DNA from: Takakia lepidozioides
Taxonomy: Eukaryota; Plantae; Bryophyta
Assembly (NCBI GenBank): GCA_030704615.1
Contig: CM060732.1
Location: 68,882,001 to 68,946,000, forward strand
Direction of reading: 5' to 3'
DNA length: 64,000 bases
In this document: in pieces, positions 12,936-24,618 of the stretch
Layout: every line of letters begins with the position of its first letter
How positions within the stretch are numbered: the first letter of the stretch is position 1
Notes under the pieces: generated by a model
Seen by the model: only the letters and a program-made list of their open reading frames with translations
Database searches by the model: none
What the model was told of the DNA's origin: nothing
Position numbers and translations under genes: made by a program

Positions 12936-14633
12936 TTAATGGTTCCAACTATCCTGCCCTCTAAGGTACCAATAACTTGACAGATGCTCTGACGCATACG
13001 TCATAAACACAACCAAAATCAGGCCACCAGCAATCATTGACCCCACCCGAGCAAAGATAGCCGTGGCCCCCAAGAGGAAGGGAAGAGCAGGAATAGCAAC
13101 AGCCAAGCTCACCATGACCACTCCATACAGTGATGTCACGATGTCCCATACAACTGAATGCCTTATGTGCCCTTTTGAAGAGCTGTATTCAACCGAAGGC
13201 TCAGGCGAGCTTGACGCAGATATGGCTGCGGATCTTCCAAATGAATAGACAGCATCCAAAAACTTGCCGAAGAGCAACACGAAGATGAAAAACGTCCACT
13301 CGTATGTCAAAACCATACCTGTCCATGGCATCACCTGCCGAGGAATAAGGAGGACTGCGGTTCCCAGAGAGAGAAAAACAGTGAGGAAGCAGACACACAC
13401 CGAAAGACTCCCCAGATACCTGGGTATTCTACATGTGGTGGTGGCCACTCCTCCGATTCCATTTGGACATCCCTGGTGATTGCAACTATTAGGGATGGAG
13501 GTACTTATGGTGGAATACTTGGGTAGGCTTCCCCCGGGCTTGTATTTGTACCACAGCTGCCGTGCGCCTACGCAGACCGACCCACCGCACAAAAGACCCC
13601 ACAAATCTTTTTGGATTTGGAGAAGCAAACTCCGCTTCCAGAATGCGAGGATGAGAAAGGGGAGAAAAAAAAGTGTTCTCACCACCAGACGCTTGTGGGA
13701 ATCCAGGCCCTGTCCTGTTCCAGGCAACACTTCCTCCAAAGTCACCCTTACATCCTGCCAGATGATTACAGGTTTCAGCAACCAAGCCGTCCACCAGTCC
13801 CAGGGCTTCAATGGCCCAAGTGTGTAGTGTACGACTCGGAGCTCGCTAGCATCAACCATCCACTTGTTGGCCAGCACATATAGACCTACATCAGCGTTGT
13901 AGAGTGTGGAAAGCCTCTCCATTTTAGGAGCAGGCCTGGCTTTTCGAGCCTCTGAAGAAAGCTCGGGATTGAACAGTTCGGCATTTGGAAACTCTGGGTA
14001 GTACGAATTCAGAAATCCTTGGTCCCCACCTGTGTAGGAATAAGTCGTCTTGATTTTCGACAGCATGTCCTCAAAAAGAGCCTTAGAAGGCTCGACGACC
14101 ATAACCCCCGAGTTAAGCCTCTCCGAATGCTTCAAATTCGCACAAAATCCCTGGCATTCGAAAAGTTCCTCGATGCTCCGCACAACAATAGTATCAGCAT
14201 CCAAGTATACCACCTTCTTGTATTCAGTCATGTTGAAAATCCTCAACTTTGTGTACACCCCCCAGAATCGCGCGGGCCTTTTCTGATTCGGATTGGCCAG
14301 CAGCTCAATGCGCTCAACAATCCACCCATCAGCTTCAAGGAGCTCGATCCCACTCGCTGACACCCCATCCGAAACTAACGCTACCATATCCTTCGTCACC
14401 CCAGTGTTGCGGATGGACTTGCCCAACACCCGTACACCAAGTAGGAACTCATCCCCGTACAGCAGCGTTGCGTAGGCTTCAGAACTACGATCCTTGCGCA
14501 ACTCCCATTTCCACTGTTGTCTAGTGCGATTCCCTTGTCCCCCCACCGGCCCGCCCCTTTCTGCCCTGCAAACGAGAGGACTTACAAGAATCCATACGCA
14601 GAAACCCAAAAGCAAAACATCTCTGGGCTTCAT
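12936..14633 (-). CDS. IPUT1: Inositol phosphorylceramide glucuronosyltransferase (GT8 family, IPUT1/PGSIP6 orthologue), single exon, 565 aa
   Basis: Uninterrupted ORF with ATG at 14633. N-terminal signal/TM, 'EAYATLLYGDEFLLGVRVLGKSI', DxD 'VYLDADT', 'SYTGGDQGFLNSY', 'HYTLGPLKPWDWW', and several C-terminal TM helices. Confidence 0.9.
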   Translation of the reverse strand: MKPRDVLLLGFCVWILVSPLVCRAERGGPVGGQGNRTRQQWKWELRKDRSSEAYATLLYGDEFLLGVRVLGKSIRNTGVTKDMVALVSDGVSASGIELLEADGWIVERIELLANPNQKRPARFWGVYTKLRIFNMTEYKKVVYLDADTIVVRSIEELFECQGFCANLKHSERLNSGVMVVEPSKALFEDMLSKIKTTYSYTGGDQGFLNSYYPEFPNAELFNPELSSEARKARPAPKMERLSTLYNADVGLYVLANKWMVDASELRVVHYTLGPLKPWDWWTAWLLKPVIIWQDVRVTLEEVLPGTGQGLDSHKRLVVRTLFFLPFLILAFWKRSLLLQIQKDLWGLLCGGSVCVGARQLWYKYKPGGSLPKYSTISTSIPNSCNHQGCPNGIGGVATTTCRIPRYLGSLSVCVCFLTVFLSLGTAVLLIPRQVMPWTGMVLTYEWTFFIFVLLFGKFLDAVYSFGRSAAISASSSPEPSVEYSSSKGHIRHSVVWDIVTSLYGVVMVSLAVAIPALPFLLGATAIFARVGSMIAGGLILVVFMTYASEHLSSYWYLRGQDSWNH

Positions 14634-15950
14634 CTCCTCCCTCACCAAGACCACCTCCCAGATCAACAACCCAACTTCAAGATGCTCTTCCCTCCCTCTA
14701 ATTCACGACCATCACTTCCAACACTTAGATTACCGTCACAAGACCGCTTCTCAACTTCCTCCTCCAGTCTCTCTCCCCCTCCGTCGTCACCAGTTTTCCT
14801 AGTGAGTGGAAGTTTACAATTTGTCATGTACACCTCCTGACATGAAAACTGGGCCCACACTTCCAAAAGGAGACCGTTCTCTCCATGAAATTTCCCATTT
14901 TGTACTAACACTGTATCTATTCTCAGGGCTCCGCACCCTTTTTCCAAAAACAAAAAAAAGTGTATCTATATTGCAGTTAGGGCACTTTCATTCCCCTTAT
15001 CACTGCAACCTAATCAATGAGGGAGTCACTGCCCAGAAATTGCACACATGTTTGTGGCTATGTTTTGGTTTTTGAGGAAGGGGTTCATCATCTTTATCAT
15101 CTTCATCACCTATACCACAGCTCTGGACTTCCACTTTTTTGTGGCAAATGGTGTTTTGATTACACCAGGCCTCACACACATGATGCTTCATCTAATCTAG
15201 AATCAGTGCAATATCTATTCTCGTTGCCTGTATGGGAAGGTTTTGACTTTAGACCCAAGGTCTTCCGAGTTCCTTGCTTGCAAACATTGGGGGGTCCAAC
15301 CACTGGATGAAACAGCCTAGCACAGACCGCTGGTCCCAGGACAGACAGACAAAACAATGAACTAAACAAAACTTGATCGCTGTGGAGGATTGATCAAGAG
15401 CCTAGAATATGCTTCAGCACCCAACCTCCCTTATGACTGTTTACAGTTGCTGTCCTTGGCTTTCAAAGTCAACAATGAAAGTACACTTGCATGCCATGCA
15501 AAATGCAGAGTGAAATGGGAGTTGCCCCTTTCGTGCGACATTCACAGCTTATGTGGACTGGCAAACCAGAGCAAAAAAAGTGGAATACCCAAGAAGAGAA
15601 ATCATCACATGCATAGTGAAACCTCTTCCCTGACAATGAGAAACACTCAAAAAGCAAGAATAATAAGGCACAATGAGGTACTTCAATATGGTTCCAATAC
15701 TCCGGCATGGCAGAATACCCATTATGGGTTCTCAACCCTATGAAAAAGTGCTCCTCCTGACGTGTTGCACTTTGCTGAACAAACGAAATTTTACTTTGCT
15801 ATCTGATGTGATGTGAGGTAACGTATTTCACAGCAGCTAGGGGGGCATTAGCACGCCAAACTGTCCATGGCAATCACTGAAAAGCGCGACATGACTGCAA
15901 ACGACCTGTAACTTCACAGTTACATGTTTTTTGATGGTGAGTACCCACAA

Positions 15951-18900
15951 TCAAGAGGTCTTACAGAGGCTCGCATCGCTCTGGCAACCTTCATATTCCC
16001 GCAATGAAGGCCGACCCAATTCTCCTACTTCAAAGCATGCACATCGTGTTCCAGAAGGCCCTTTGCGGGGCACCTCGGCAACCCTTTCAACTAAGCGAGG
16101 GTAGCCTGAGTCACACCATACCTGAGTCACACCACACCAATCCACTCAGTACATGGAATGGAAACAAAAGACCTGACCAAATGAGACATCCATACAGAGG
16201 TCCGTATTCCTGATCTAACATGAACGTAGCCACAAGGCAGGAGGCTATGGAAACAAACTAGGCTTTGGAAAACAAAGTCACACAAGACCATGGGGACTCT
16301 ATCAGGGGATACATTCAACAGTTGATCTTGTCATCCATATCATCCCAGATTACTTCTAGCCAGGCATGCAGAGAACACAAGATTTTTGGACTATCTGACC
16401 AAAATTACTGAGCTTGACTCCGTGGCATGCACTCAAGAAATGCGATGTACAATTACAAAAACATTTCAAAAAAGGGTACCTCTCCGCCTTTGTCTTCAGA
16501 CCAACGTGAATTGCAGTTCGGGAATCGTTCTTCATCAGCCTTCTGCTGCTTTACGAACTCAGCTGCCTGCACTCTCTTCTTCTCCACTCCTTGCAGCTCC
16601 TTTCTCGGTTTTCCCTCCTCGTCATAGAAGGTCCCAATCAACTTACCTACATAGCTGTTCAACACCAATCTCTCAACCTATAAAACTCATGGCAAAGTAG
16701 TGACCTTCTCAGGCAAACCGAAAACATTGTTTACATGCAGGCCCTTCATGCTCCCTTTAAAAAGGTTACGCTTCAACATCCACCCTATTTCTTGCACTCA
16801 CTTGCACACAACTCGGAACACATCATGTAGGAATAGGGGAGCTCTCAAAGGTCACTGGTTTGGCCAAGGTTATCAAAAACAATGTCTACAAAAATATGCC
16901 GACACATTGTTTTCAAAGGTAAGTGATCTTGATTTCTGAGTTTCATGCTGGACCATATCAGAAATAGCAAATCACCCTGACCCAGAGGGTATATGTTCTT
17001 ACCATAACATATTACCCGGACCCGGAGGGTACGTCTAAAATGATATACCCACACAACACCGGACCATTCCCACCTTCATGCTGATTACTCTCGTTTGGAC
17101 AAAAATCATCCTCTCCTCCTCCATCCAAAAGTACTTCTTCCATCCATCCAACTTATAAGCTTACCACACTGTGACTACACTTCAAATTTGTGCAGGGAGC
17201 ATGTTCGAAGAACTTACAGGTAATTCTTGACATAGAAGATGCGCCAATCATCAATGCTCTTGACCTGAAATAATCCAACAAAGTATTGATAAATCTTTTC
17301 TAGTCTCCAGGCGAGGGCAGTTATCTTTGCTTTGGCTATTCCTAAGAGTAACTTCAGACTTTCCATGGTGAGACACACAGAGAAAGAAGCTAACCTGGGA
17401 TGCCGAAAGCCCCTTCAAAGAATCGGTTAGACCATCCCCTGCAGAACTAAGAATTAACCCACAACGGCTTTAGTCATCGAAGTGCCTAGTGCCAATCTTT
17501 TTATCAAAACACACTGGCACCTTGGAACAACAAGCTAGAATCAAAAGCATCCAACAGATGGTCCAGTGGTTAGTGCACAAGGCCACATAGGCACAAGGTA
17601 CAAGGCTGTGGGTTCAAAGCCACATAAGTGTATGTTGGATGTCACCCATTATACAACTATAAATGGGGGGTCGGTTGGTCAACCGGGACAAGGCCATTGG
17701 GAGGTTTGGGCAACCATGTTGCCCCAGCTACGGCTGTTAGAAGGCATCGGTATACGCTTGCTTTTGGCAGGTGTCAACACTTCACCTTTTTTTAAAATAC
17801 GTTTTAGCTAGAATCAAAGATCTTTTCCATGCACAGTTTGACGCTAGGACTAGAGGATACTTACTAAACATCAAATTGTCCAACGTATCCGAATCACACC
17901 TCTATGTCCTAGCAGTTGTGGAAGAGACAGCACATTTAGGATTACTGCCACACAATTGGGAAGGATGAATCCTTTCATCCTCATTTCCCTCATTCTTTGT
18001 CAGCTGATCCTTTCACCAAGCAGGACTCATGAGTTATGGCTGGTGAACCATCAGAAATGAACATGTGTAATCAACCAAATCGTATAGTTTGTGACCTGTG
18101 AAGTTCCCAGAGACAAATGCGCGTGATGCATCCCTGCACGAAGAGAGTGAACACAGGTTCTGGTGAGAAATTTACCCTCTCTATAAACTCTACTGTCATG
18201 GCTGGAATACATGCAAGCAGATGCATACAGCTATAGACCCTTGTCAGAAAGAGAGAAAGTAATAAGCCATAGTGTTGCACTACTGACCCCCCCCATGCCC
18301 AGTTTGGAGGGAGCAGAAAGGACAACCCAGCCATCTGTCTCCTCTTGACACTACCCCACATGTCAGACCTGTCCTCTTGTGACCGCCCACTATATTGTGC
18401 CCATTCCTACTGCACTGCCTACTCCCCACAGACTATTGCTGAACAAACCAAGTTGTGGATTTTAAGACTCAGAAAGTGCATCACAAGGGCCAAAATACTG
18501 GAGCTACCAGAAATGTGCATATCACACCTAACCAGGGTGATTTGATATAAGTTCCCAGGAGGTTCCCAGGCCCCCATTGAAAATTGACAATGGCAATGGG
18601 AGGCCCAGATGGTACAAAGAGGGTGAGAGTAATATATACTTGTTAACCATTCACTACCAACATTGACTGAAATGTACCCATGGGATACTAACCCAGTTGT
18701 GGGTTTCAGCACCAATTAGGTGGGACTCAACTCGAACTGGCCATAGCACTCAGGCACAGCAGAGGACAATCCAGCTATAAAGAAATGAGTATGCTGTATG
18801 TATGCACCGCACTGAGGTATGTGCAATGTTCTGGACATGCTTCAACATAAAGGCCAGAGAGGGAGAGTCAAAAAACGGAGAAATTTATAACCTCCGCCAT

Positions 18901-20660
18901 AGGCAGAGAGGCTATGGGATAGAGGAAAAGTATCCCGGTATCCTGGAGGTTCCTGAACCCAAATAAAGGTCAGGAGTCTTGTATGGGCAGTATTTTGCAC
19001 CCCAACTCTACCTTCAGAGCCTTCTTTTCCATGTTCAGCTGATGACATCCAGTTAAAAAGGGAAGGGTGGGGAGAAGAAGATAGGGGAGGGAAGGGCTGA
19101 TTCAGGGAACACACCGTCCAGCAAAATGGCTGTACCCACCTCCAGGCCCATAATATGTACGGCCCTTGCTCACATCAAAAACACTCCTGGCCTTGCCCCC
19201 ACATGCACAGAGTCAACCCAAACCCCCAAGTCACTCATCTTCAAGCTGTTTCTTAACTTCATCAGGTACATATATGGGCAGTGGTTCAGATACAGGAGTC
19301 CTACCTACCTCCAAGCCAATTGCCAGTCTCACAATAAGACAGATTTTATTTAAATAAAATCCCTACAGTTACAATCACAACACTGAAATAACAGGGATCT
19401 TTAGGATGGCAGCTGTGTATGGTTCCCATACCAGTGTGTTCAAGTGGGTTCTTCAGCAAAGGATATTCTTCTGAAAATTGGCTTTGGTTTTCAAGGTACA
19501 TCAAGTTTCTTTGAACAGAGAAGTTAGAGACTGTACCCCAGGATGCTCAAAAGGATTGGAAGCTTTCCATCGGAGCCGTTGTATCTGGCTAGGTCTTCCT
19601 TTGTCCACAATCTCTGTTGACAAAAGACCACAGGAAAAATCCATTCAAGGTCCAGATTATGAATCTGAAGAATGTCCACCTCAATTTGGTCTACGAATCT
19701 CAGGGCTTTTTACAAAAGGAGAGATGTGTACAGGGGTTCCTTTGTCTTTCAGTCTGAGTTCCAGTGCATCAGAGCAAGAATAGAAACATTCATTGCGGGG
19801 TGACAAACTGGAGTACAAATGCAGCCAGCAAATTTGAGTTCAAACCTTTTTCCTACTAAGAGAACACAATATCCATATAAGTATCGAGATATCTACATAC
19901 TTAAAAAAGAAAGGTACCCAAAAAAGAAGACAAATAAGTGAAAATTATACGCATTGAGAGAGACTGATTTCCTCTTCTTAGAAGGTGGAGGGCATATGCT
20001 GGGCACACTGCATAGATGTGCAATGTGCCACATCTGATTCTAGACGAAGAGACCTGACATGAAAGTGCAATTAGACTACATAAAGCCATGCTGAGATTGG
20101 AGTTCCTATTGCACATGTGCATGTGTGAACTTTTTTTGGAAGGTTTAAATTCACGCCTCGATCACTAGCTTTCTGTATCGAGGGAGAGATTGACAAAGGG
20201 AAGAGAGGTAGAGCATGGGGAGTCCCATCGTACTTGTTCCTGTAATTGTTCGACTTCTCACATCAATAGATTAACGAGGCATTTGGGCACAGCTAGTCTC
20301 GTTTTGAAATGCATGGAGAAAGGAAAGAATGAGGAGTGTGACTTACAATTCAGAAAATACAACTCAAAATTCTGTTCAGGTAATTGAGAAACGTACAGGC
20401 TTCATGGGAGCAGGAGAGGCAATGTAGATGATAACTGAAGCAATCACGACCGCCATGACAATTCCCCCGCATGAGGTCCTCAATTTGCGCCATGCCCCAC
20501 CCTCCTTCTCAGTCACCTCAAACTGTGGACTATCGGTGTTCTGTGTGGGTGGAGTTGGAGGCTGTAAACGAGCATTTGGTCGGATCCGTAAGTTAGGGGT
20601 AGAACCGACCCCACCCGAAGATCCACCTGAACTCTCTACGACATCTTCAGCGCCTGTCAT
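15951..20660 (-). CDS. MAPR4: Membrane-associated progesterone-binding protein 4 / neuferricin-like cytochrome b5 heme/steroid-binding protein; complement(join(15951..16121,16480..16654,17218..17264,17395..17438,18096..18133,19115..19186,19537..19613,20397..20660)), 295 aa
   Basis: Eight GT-AG exons splice in frame. They give a TM helix, 'LWTKEDLARYNGSDGKLPILLSILGSVFDVSKGRTYYGPGGGYSHFAGRDASRAFVSGNFTGDGLTD...YVGKLIG' and the Cys-rich tail 'FPNCNSRWS...VWC...RCACF...YEGC'. Confidence 0.92.
17546..17805 (+). mobile_element. tRNA-derived SINE in a MAPR4 intron, with 13-bp TSD
   Basis: A-box 'TGGTCCAGTGGTTAG', B-box 'GGTTCAAAGCC', acceptor-stem-like pair CATCCAACA/TGTTGGATG and 3' 'TTCACCTTTTTTT'. 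AGCTAGAATCAAA is duplicated at 17533-17545 and 17806-17818. Confidence 0.8.
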
Positions 20661-20837
20661 GACGTTTGATGAGCTTCAAGAACTGTTTGCCTAAGCCCTT
20701 TCGATCATTGTGAGAGCTGTAGTGCTGTAGATCACCACGCTTCAGCCATCACAACACAGAAAAGGCGCAGGGAGATCTGTTCCCTCGCATCTGCAAATCT
20801 TCTTCAACGAACAGCTTAACCCTGAATCGGTCCTTGT

Positions 20838-21062
20838 CCGTTGCAACGATTTCGTTACCCGTAGTTAACGGAGCCACGGATTCACACGTGTGTTCTGTCC
20901 GTCTGTTATCAGTGGAAAATATGCCTCTGACAGAAATGAGTGAACCGACGATACAGTGACGAGACTTTGCATAGTCCATCCATGCAGCGGTGGGGTAAGA
21001 GATGAGTAACTGTCTCCGCTCGTTTCGTTTCCATCCATTTCAACGGCTCTTTCTGATTTGAA
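20838..21062 (+). promoter_or_regulatory. Cluster of MSA (MYB3R) cores plus a CHR-like element in the shared promoter of MAPR4 and the D-box gene
   Basis: CCGTT at 20838, AACGG at 20867, TTCAACGGCT (core 21042) and TTTGAA at 21057. Confidence 0.6.
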
Positions 21063-21312
21063 AGTGTGGCGTCTTCCCCGCTCGAGCTACAAAGGGAGTG
21101 CGTGACCCCAGTCTTCTCATTCTTGCTCGCTTTCTTTGTGTTTCTTTGCGTGCCTGTGCGTCTGACTCCTCTAAGTATTCTTTGTTCTCTCAGCGTTCTT
21201 TCTGTAAGGCAGTTGTTTGTTTGCCCTTGTGTCATATCGGGTTGTGAAACAGTTTGATTATTTGCTGTATTTTCCCTGCCGTCTCTCGGCTTTTACATTG
21301 CGTTGTGGAAAC

Positions 21313-23479
21313 ATGGAGACGAGGAGAATCACACGCAGACAGGCTCAGCAGCTCGGTGTGACTCCGACTAAAGAACGTAAGCACTCACCTCTCCCAGAAA
21401 ACTGCGCTCCTGTTTGTGCGTTGTTTTTCCTCAACTCGCTCTTCCCTGAGGGAATGTACAATAGTGATCAATAGTACTGTTGTTTGTTCACTTTCTTATG
21501 TGGGTAAGATGTGGAGGGTACCTATGAAGCTTTTCACTTTCCATCAACTATGTAGGCTGAATGACCTTCCTCTTTGCTGCGTCTCCGTGTGTGAAAATGT
21601 GTTTTGTTGGCCCTGCTCCTGAACTCGGATTTTGTTGGATTTCCTCAGTCCTACCAACTAGTTCAAGGAAGACCAGTGCAAGAAAAGGTACTCGCAAAGC
21701 ATTGGCAGACAGGACAAACGATTCTCCCGTCTCGGGGTTGGCGCCAGCTATGGCTAAATCTGGGGGTCGATCCGGCTATATGTTTGAGACACCATGCTCG
21801 AAGTTGCGTCCACTCACTGAGGGTTCACCTGGGACTCCTGGGGAAGATGTCCTCCGCTCACAGGTAACATTATTTAAACAGGGATTTGTGGGATTTGTTT
21901 GCTTTTTATGTTGCTTTGCTTCAGCATCGCGCGAGAGGTCTTTCTGAGACACCTACAGCATTTAGCACATTGCCTGGAAACCCATTTCAACAATCTTATC
22001 ATTGCTTGTGGCTCATATGACAGGTGCAATCCCTGCTTGAGAAGATTGGTTCAGACGAGCCTAGGGGTGTGGGCATGCGTACTCTCCTGGGACTGGTAGC
22101 GCCTACACCTACCAATACCCCTGCCAGCGGTACCCACACAGTGTCATCCGCAACCTCGAGCCCCAGCGCCTTTACACCACAGCTCCAAAACGCTCTTTCA
22201 TTCATTGAGGAGTCTCCGGCTGTTTGCCATCAGCCAGATGTACCCAGTGCAGGTAATAGCACAGGCACGACGATGGAAATTCCGAGCGAATCGGGCCCTT
22301 CTGCGACCGCTGAAGTGGATGAGTCAGCAGAAGCTAACCTTGAATCGGAAGAGGGGTGCTTTTTGCCACTCGACATGCAGATTCTGTATCTTTTAGGGAA
22401 GTCATCAGTGCAAGGAGAAGATGACGAAGATTCCATTGCGGAAGAAGGTGCTCTTGATTTGAATGTCCTAAAGCATATTGAGGTACAATCTCAGTAGACC
22501 AATTACCGATGATATGCGGTCATCCTTGTTTTCTGCTTCCGATGACATTTAAATCCATTGCTATACTGTTCCAGAACTCCCGGGCATCCTTTTTGTCATC
22601 TAACAAAGCTGCTGTTTAATTTCTGCAGGCAGTCTGCAAGGAGGACAATGAAGCACACAACTCATCTACTGTGGTTCCAGATTCGTCGCCCCAAAGTGGT
22701 CTGACTACTATGTCACCTTACTCACCTTCTGAGAACCGAACTGAGTGGGTGAGCATAAATGTGGAAGATGGAATCTGTCACGGTGATTTGGACGATGGTA
22801 TTTCAGATGGGATTTCGGAGTGCTCTGTTGTTGTCAATGTTAGCTCACCAGGAGCAGACCGCGACGAAGCCTCATCCCACCCTGTACCGGACAAGCCCAT
22901 CTGCAATGTCCAGACGGACATTCCCTCCCTGTGGCAGCAGCGGGGTTCCCCTGTGAAAGCTTCGGATAAGGAAGAGATGGTATCTAATGACTATGAAGAC
23001 TATGAGGGAGATGAGGAGGAAGGTGGGGAGTACGAGGGAGGACAGTTTGATGAAGATTGTGATGAGCTATGCAGGGGCATCAGCCACATCTCAATGACAG
23101 AGAGAGACGTTGTCGGACTTCCGGCATATGCTGGTCGCCACATTCGTTTCAACTATAACAGTGATGACGAGATCGAGGACGAAGAGGTGATTTGCGGGGG
23201 CTCCCAGGTGAAGGCTGAAGGTAATGTCAGCAGTCTTTCAGCTTATCAATAGAAATGCACATGGTGCCTTCGTCTCGATTCCTCCTTCACCAGCGCTGTA
23301 CATCTCGTGCTTCTTTTTCGCTGTTTTCAGAATAGTTTGGAGGTAGGTGAAAGCTGATGAGTTGAAGGTCGTACACTGCAGGTGAAATGAATCCTGATAT
23401 TCTCCGTCTCAGAGGGTTACCGACTCCCAAAGGAAAGCATCTGCGCTTTAAGGAGGATGTCAGTAGCCCTTCAGCCTAA
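21313..23479 (+). CDS. Uncharacterised acidic, disordered protein with D-box, S/TP sites and two G[KR]HxRF motifs (resembles the Arabidopsis AT5G66230/AT3G51230-type family); join(21313..21376,21649..21863,22024..22482,22629..23220,23382..23479), ~475 aa
   Basis: GT-AG exons join in frame. Conserved-looking blocks: 'METRRITRRQ', 'RKALADRTNDSPVSGL', 'GEDVLRSQVQSLLEKI', 'LVAPTPTNTP', 'GLPAYAGRHIRFNYNSDDE', 'LRLRGLPTPKGKHLRF'. Confidence 0.82.
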
Positions 23480-24618
23480 GGATTTGTGACATGGCTTATG
23501 TGGGATTTGCAACTCTTCATGGCACAAGCTCAGTGCTCGCTGAGCTGGGACATGCCAATTTTCCTTTGTGTCAGGTGATAGCTATTTGGGAGTGTACGTC
23601 TGTACTGTGCACTAAATGCTCTGGTGTTTACTTCCAGATTATGTCACCCAAATTTTTGATTTGATAAACGTTCATCATTTGCTGTGTTCATTATCTTCCT
23701 ACGCTTACCACTAAAACCCTGTCTATCAATTGCAGAACTTTCCAAGTACATTGCACAGTGAGACTGTGATTGTACTTTCCAGTGAATTATGTAGAAGTAA
23801 CATGTGAAAATTGCCAGAGTTGCATCTGTTACTATCAATAGCTACATACCTTAAATCTCCTGCCCTCCGGCAGGAAGAGCGTGCAGCCAACGCTTTTTGA
23901 GTGTGATAGTGAAGATGCACAACATGGTGTTGTGCACATACACAAGGATAGCTTGCAGCCATGGACCCAAATTTGAGTGATTTTGTCATACGTTACTTGC
24001 CAGTGAATGAAGCCTTGCTTATGAATCCAATCATGAATACAATTGATTTGGAAAAGGCATGTTTGATAATATGGGGGGGCGGACGCGTAAAAATCTGGGA
24101 TTACAGGCTCCCTTAATTGGATCAAAGTATGTTGAGACTATAAAGTCTCCAATCTATGTACAATCCATACTTTCATGCCCATGAAGGGCCTGCACTATTA
24201 GGTCAAACACAGTTTTTCTGGTCCTGCAAGGGTCCATTGTTATTATTATGGATACGGAGGTTTATTTTCTTGCTGTGGGGAGGGTGATGGAAGAGGGGAA
24301 GCAAGCTGTACATCTGTTGCTGGAGGAAAACCTTGGTGGGGTGGTTTGATCCTAAAAGTTGAATGCCCCCAGTGTAATTGTTATGGCTTGGTGGATCCTG
24401 GCTAATTCTACAAAGCAGCAGATTTGTTTCATTGTCATGATTTGTCTCAAATGTCATGATTTTTTCCAATTGTTCTCCTTTACGTGTAGAAAATCTATGC
24501 AAGTGTGAGTAGATTTCATAATGGGTCTGAAGGCCAGAGTATGCAGAAAATTCTACCTCTGTGTCTCCTCATAATTACACAAGGTAAACAATGTCGTATA
24601 TGAGTAATAGTACATGCT

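Noticed and set aside
13063-14840. Plus-strand ORFs overlapping IPUT1, and similar antisense ORFs over other genes
   Set aside because: They are shadows of the real coding strand with no independent evidence.
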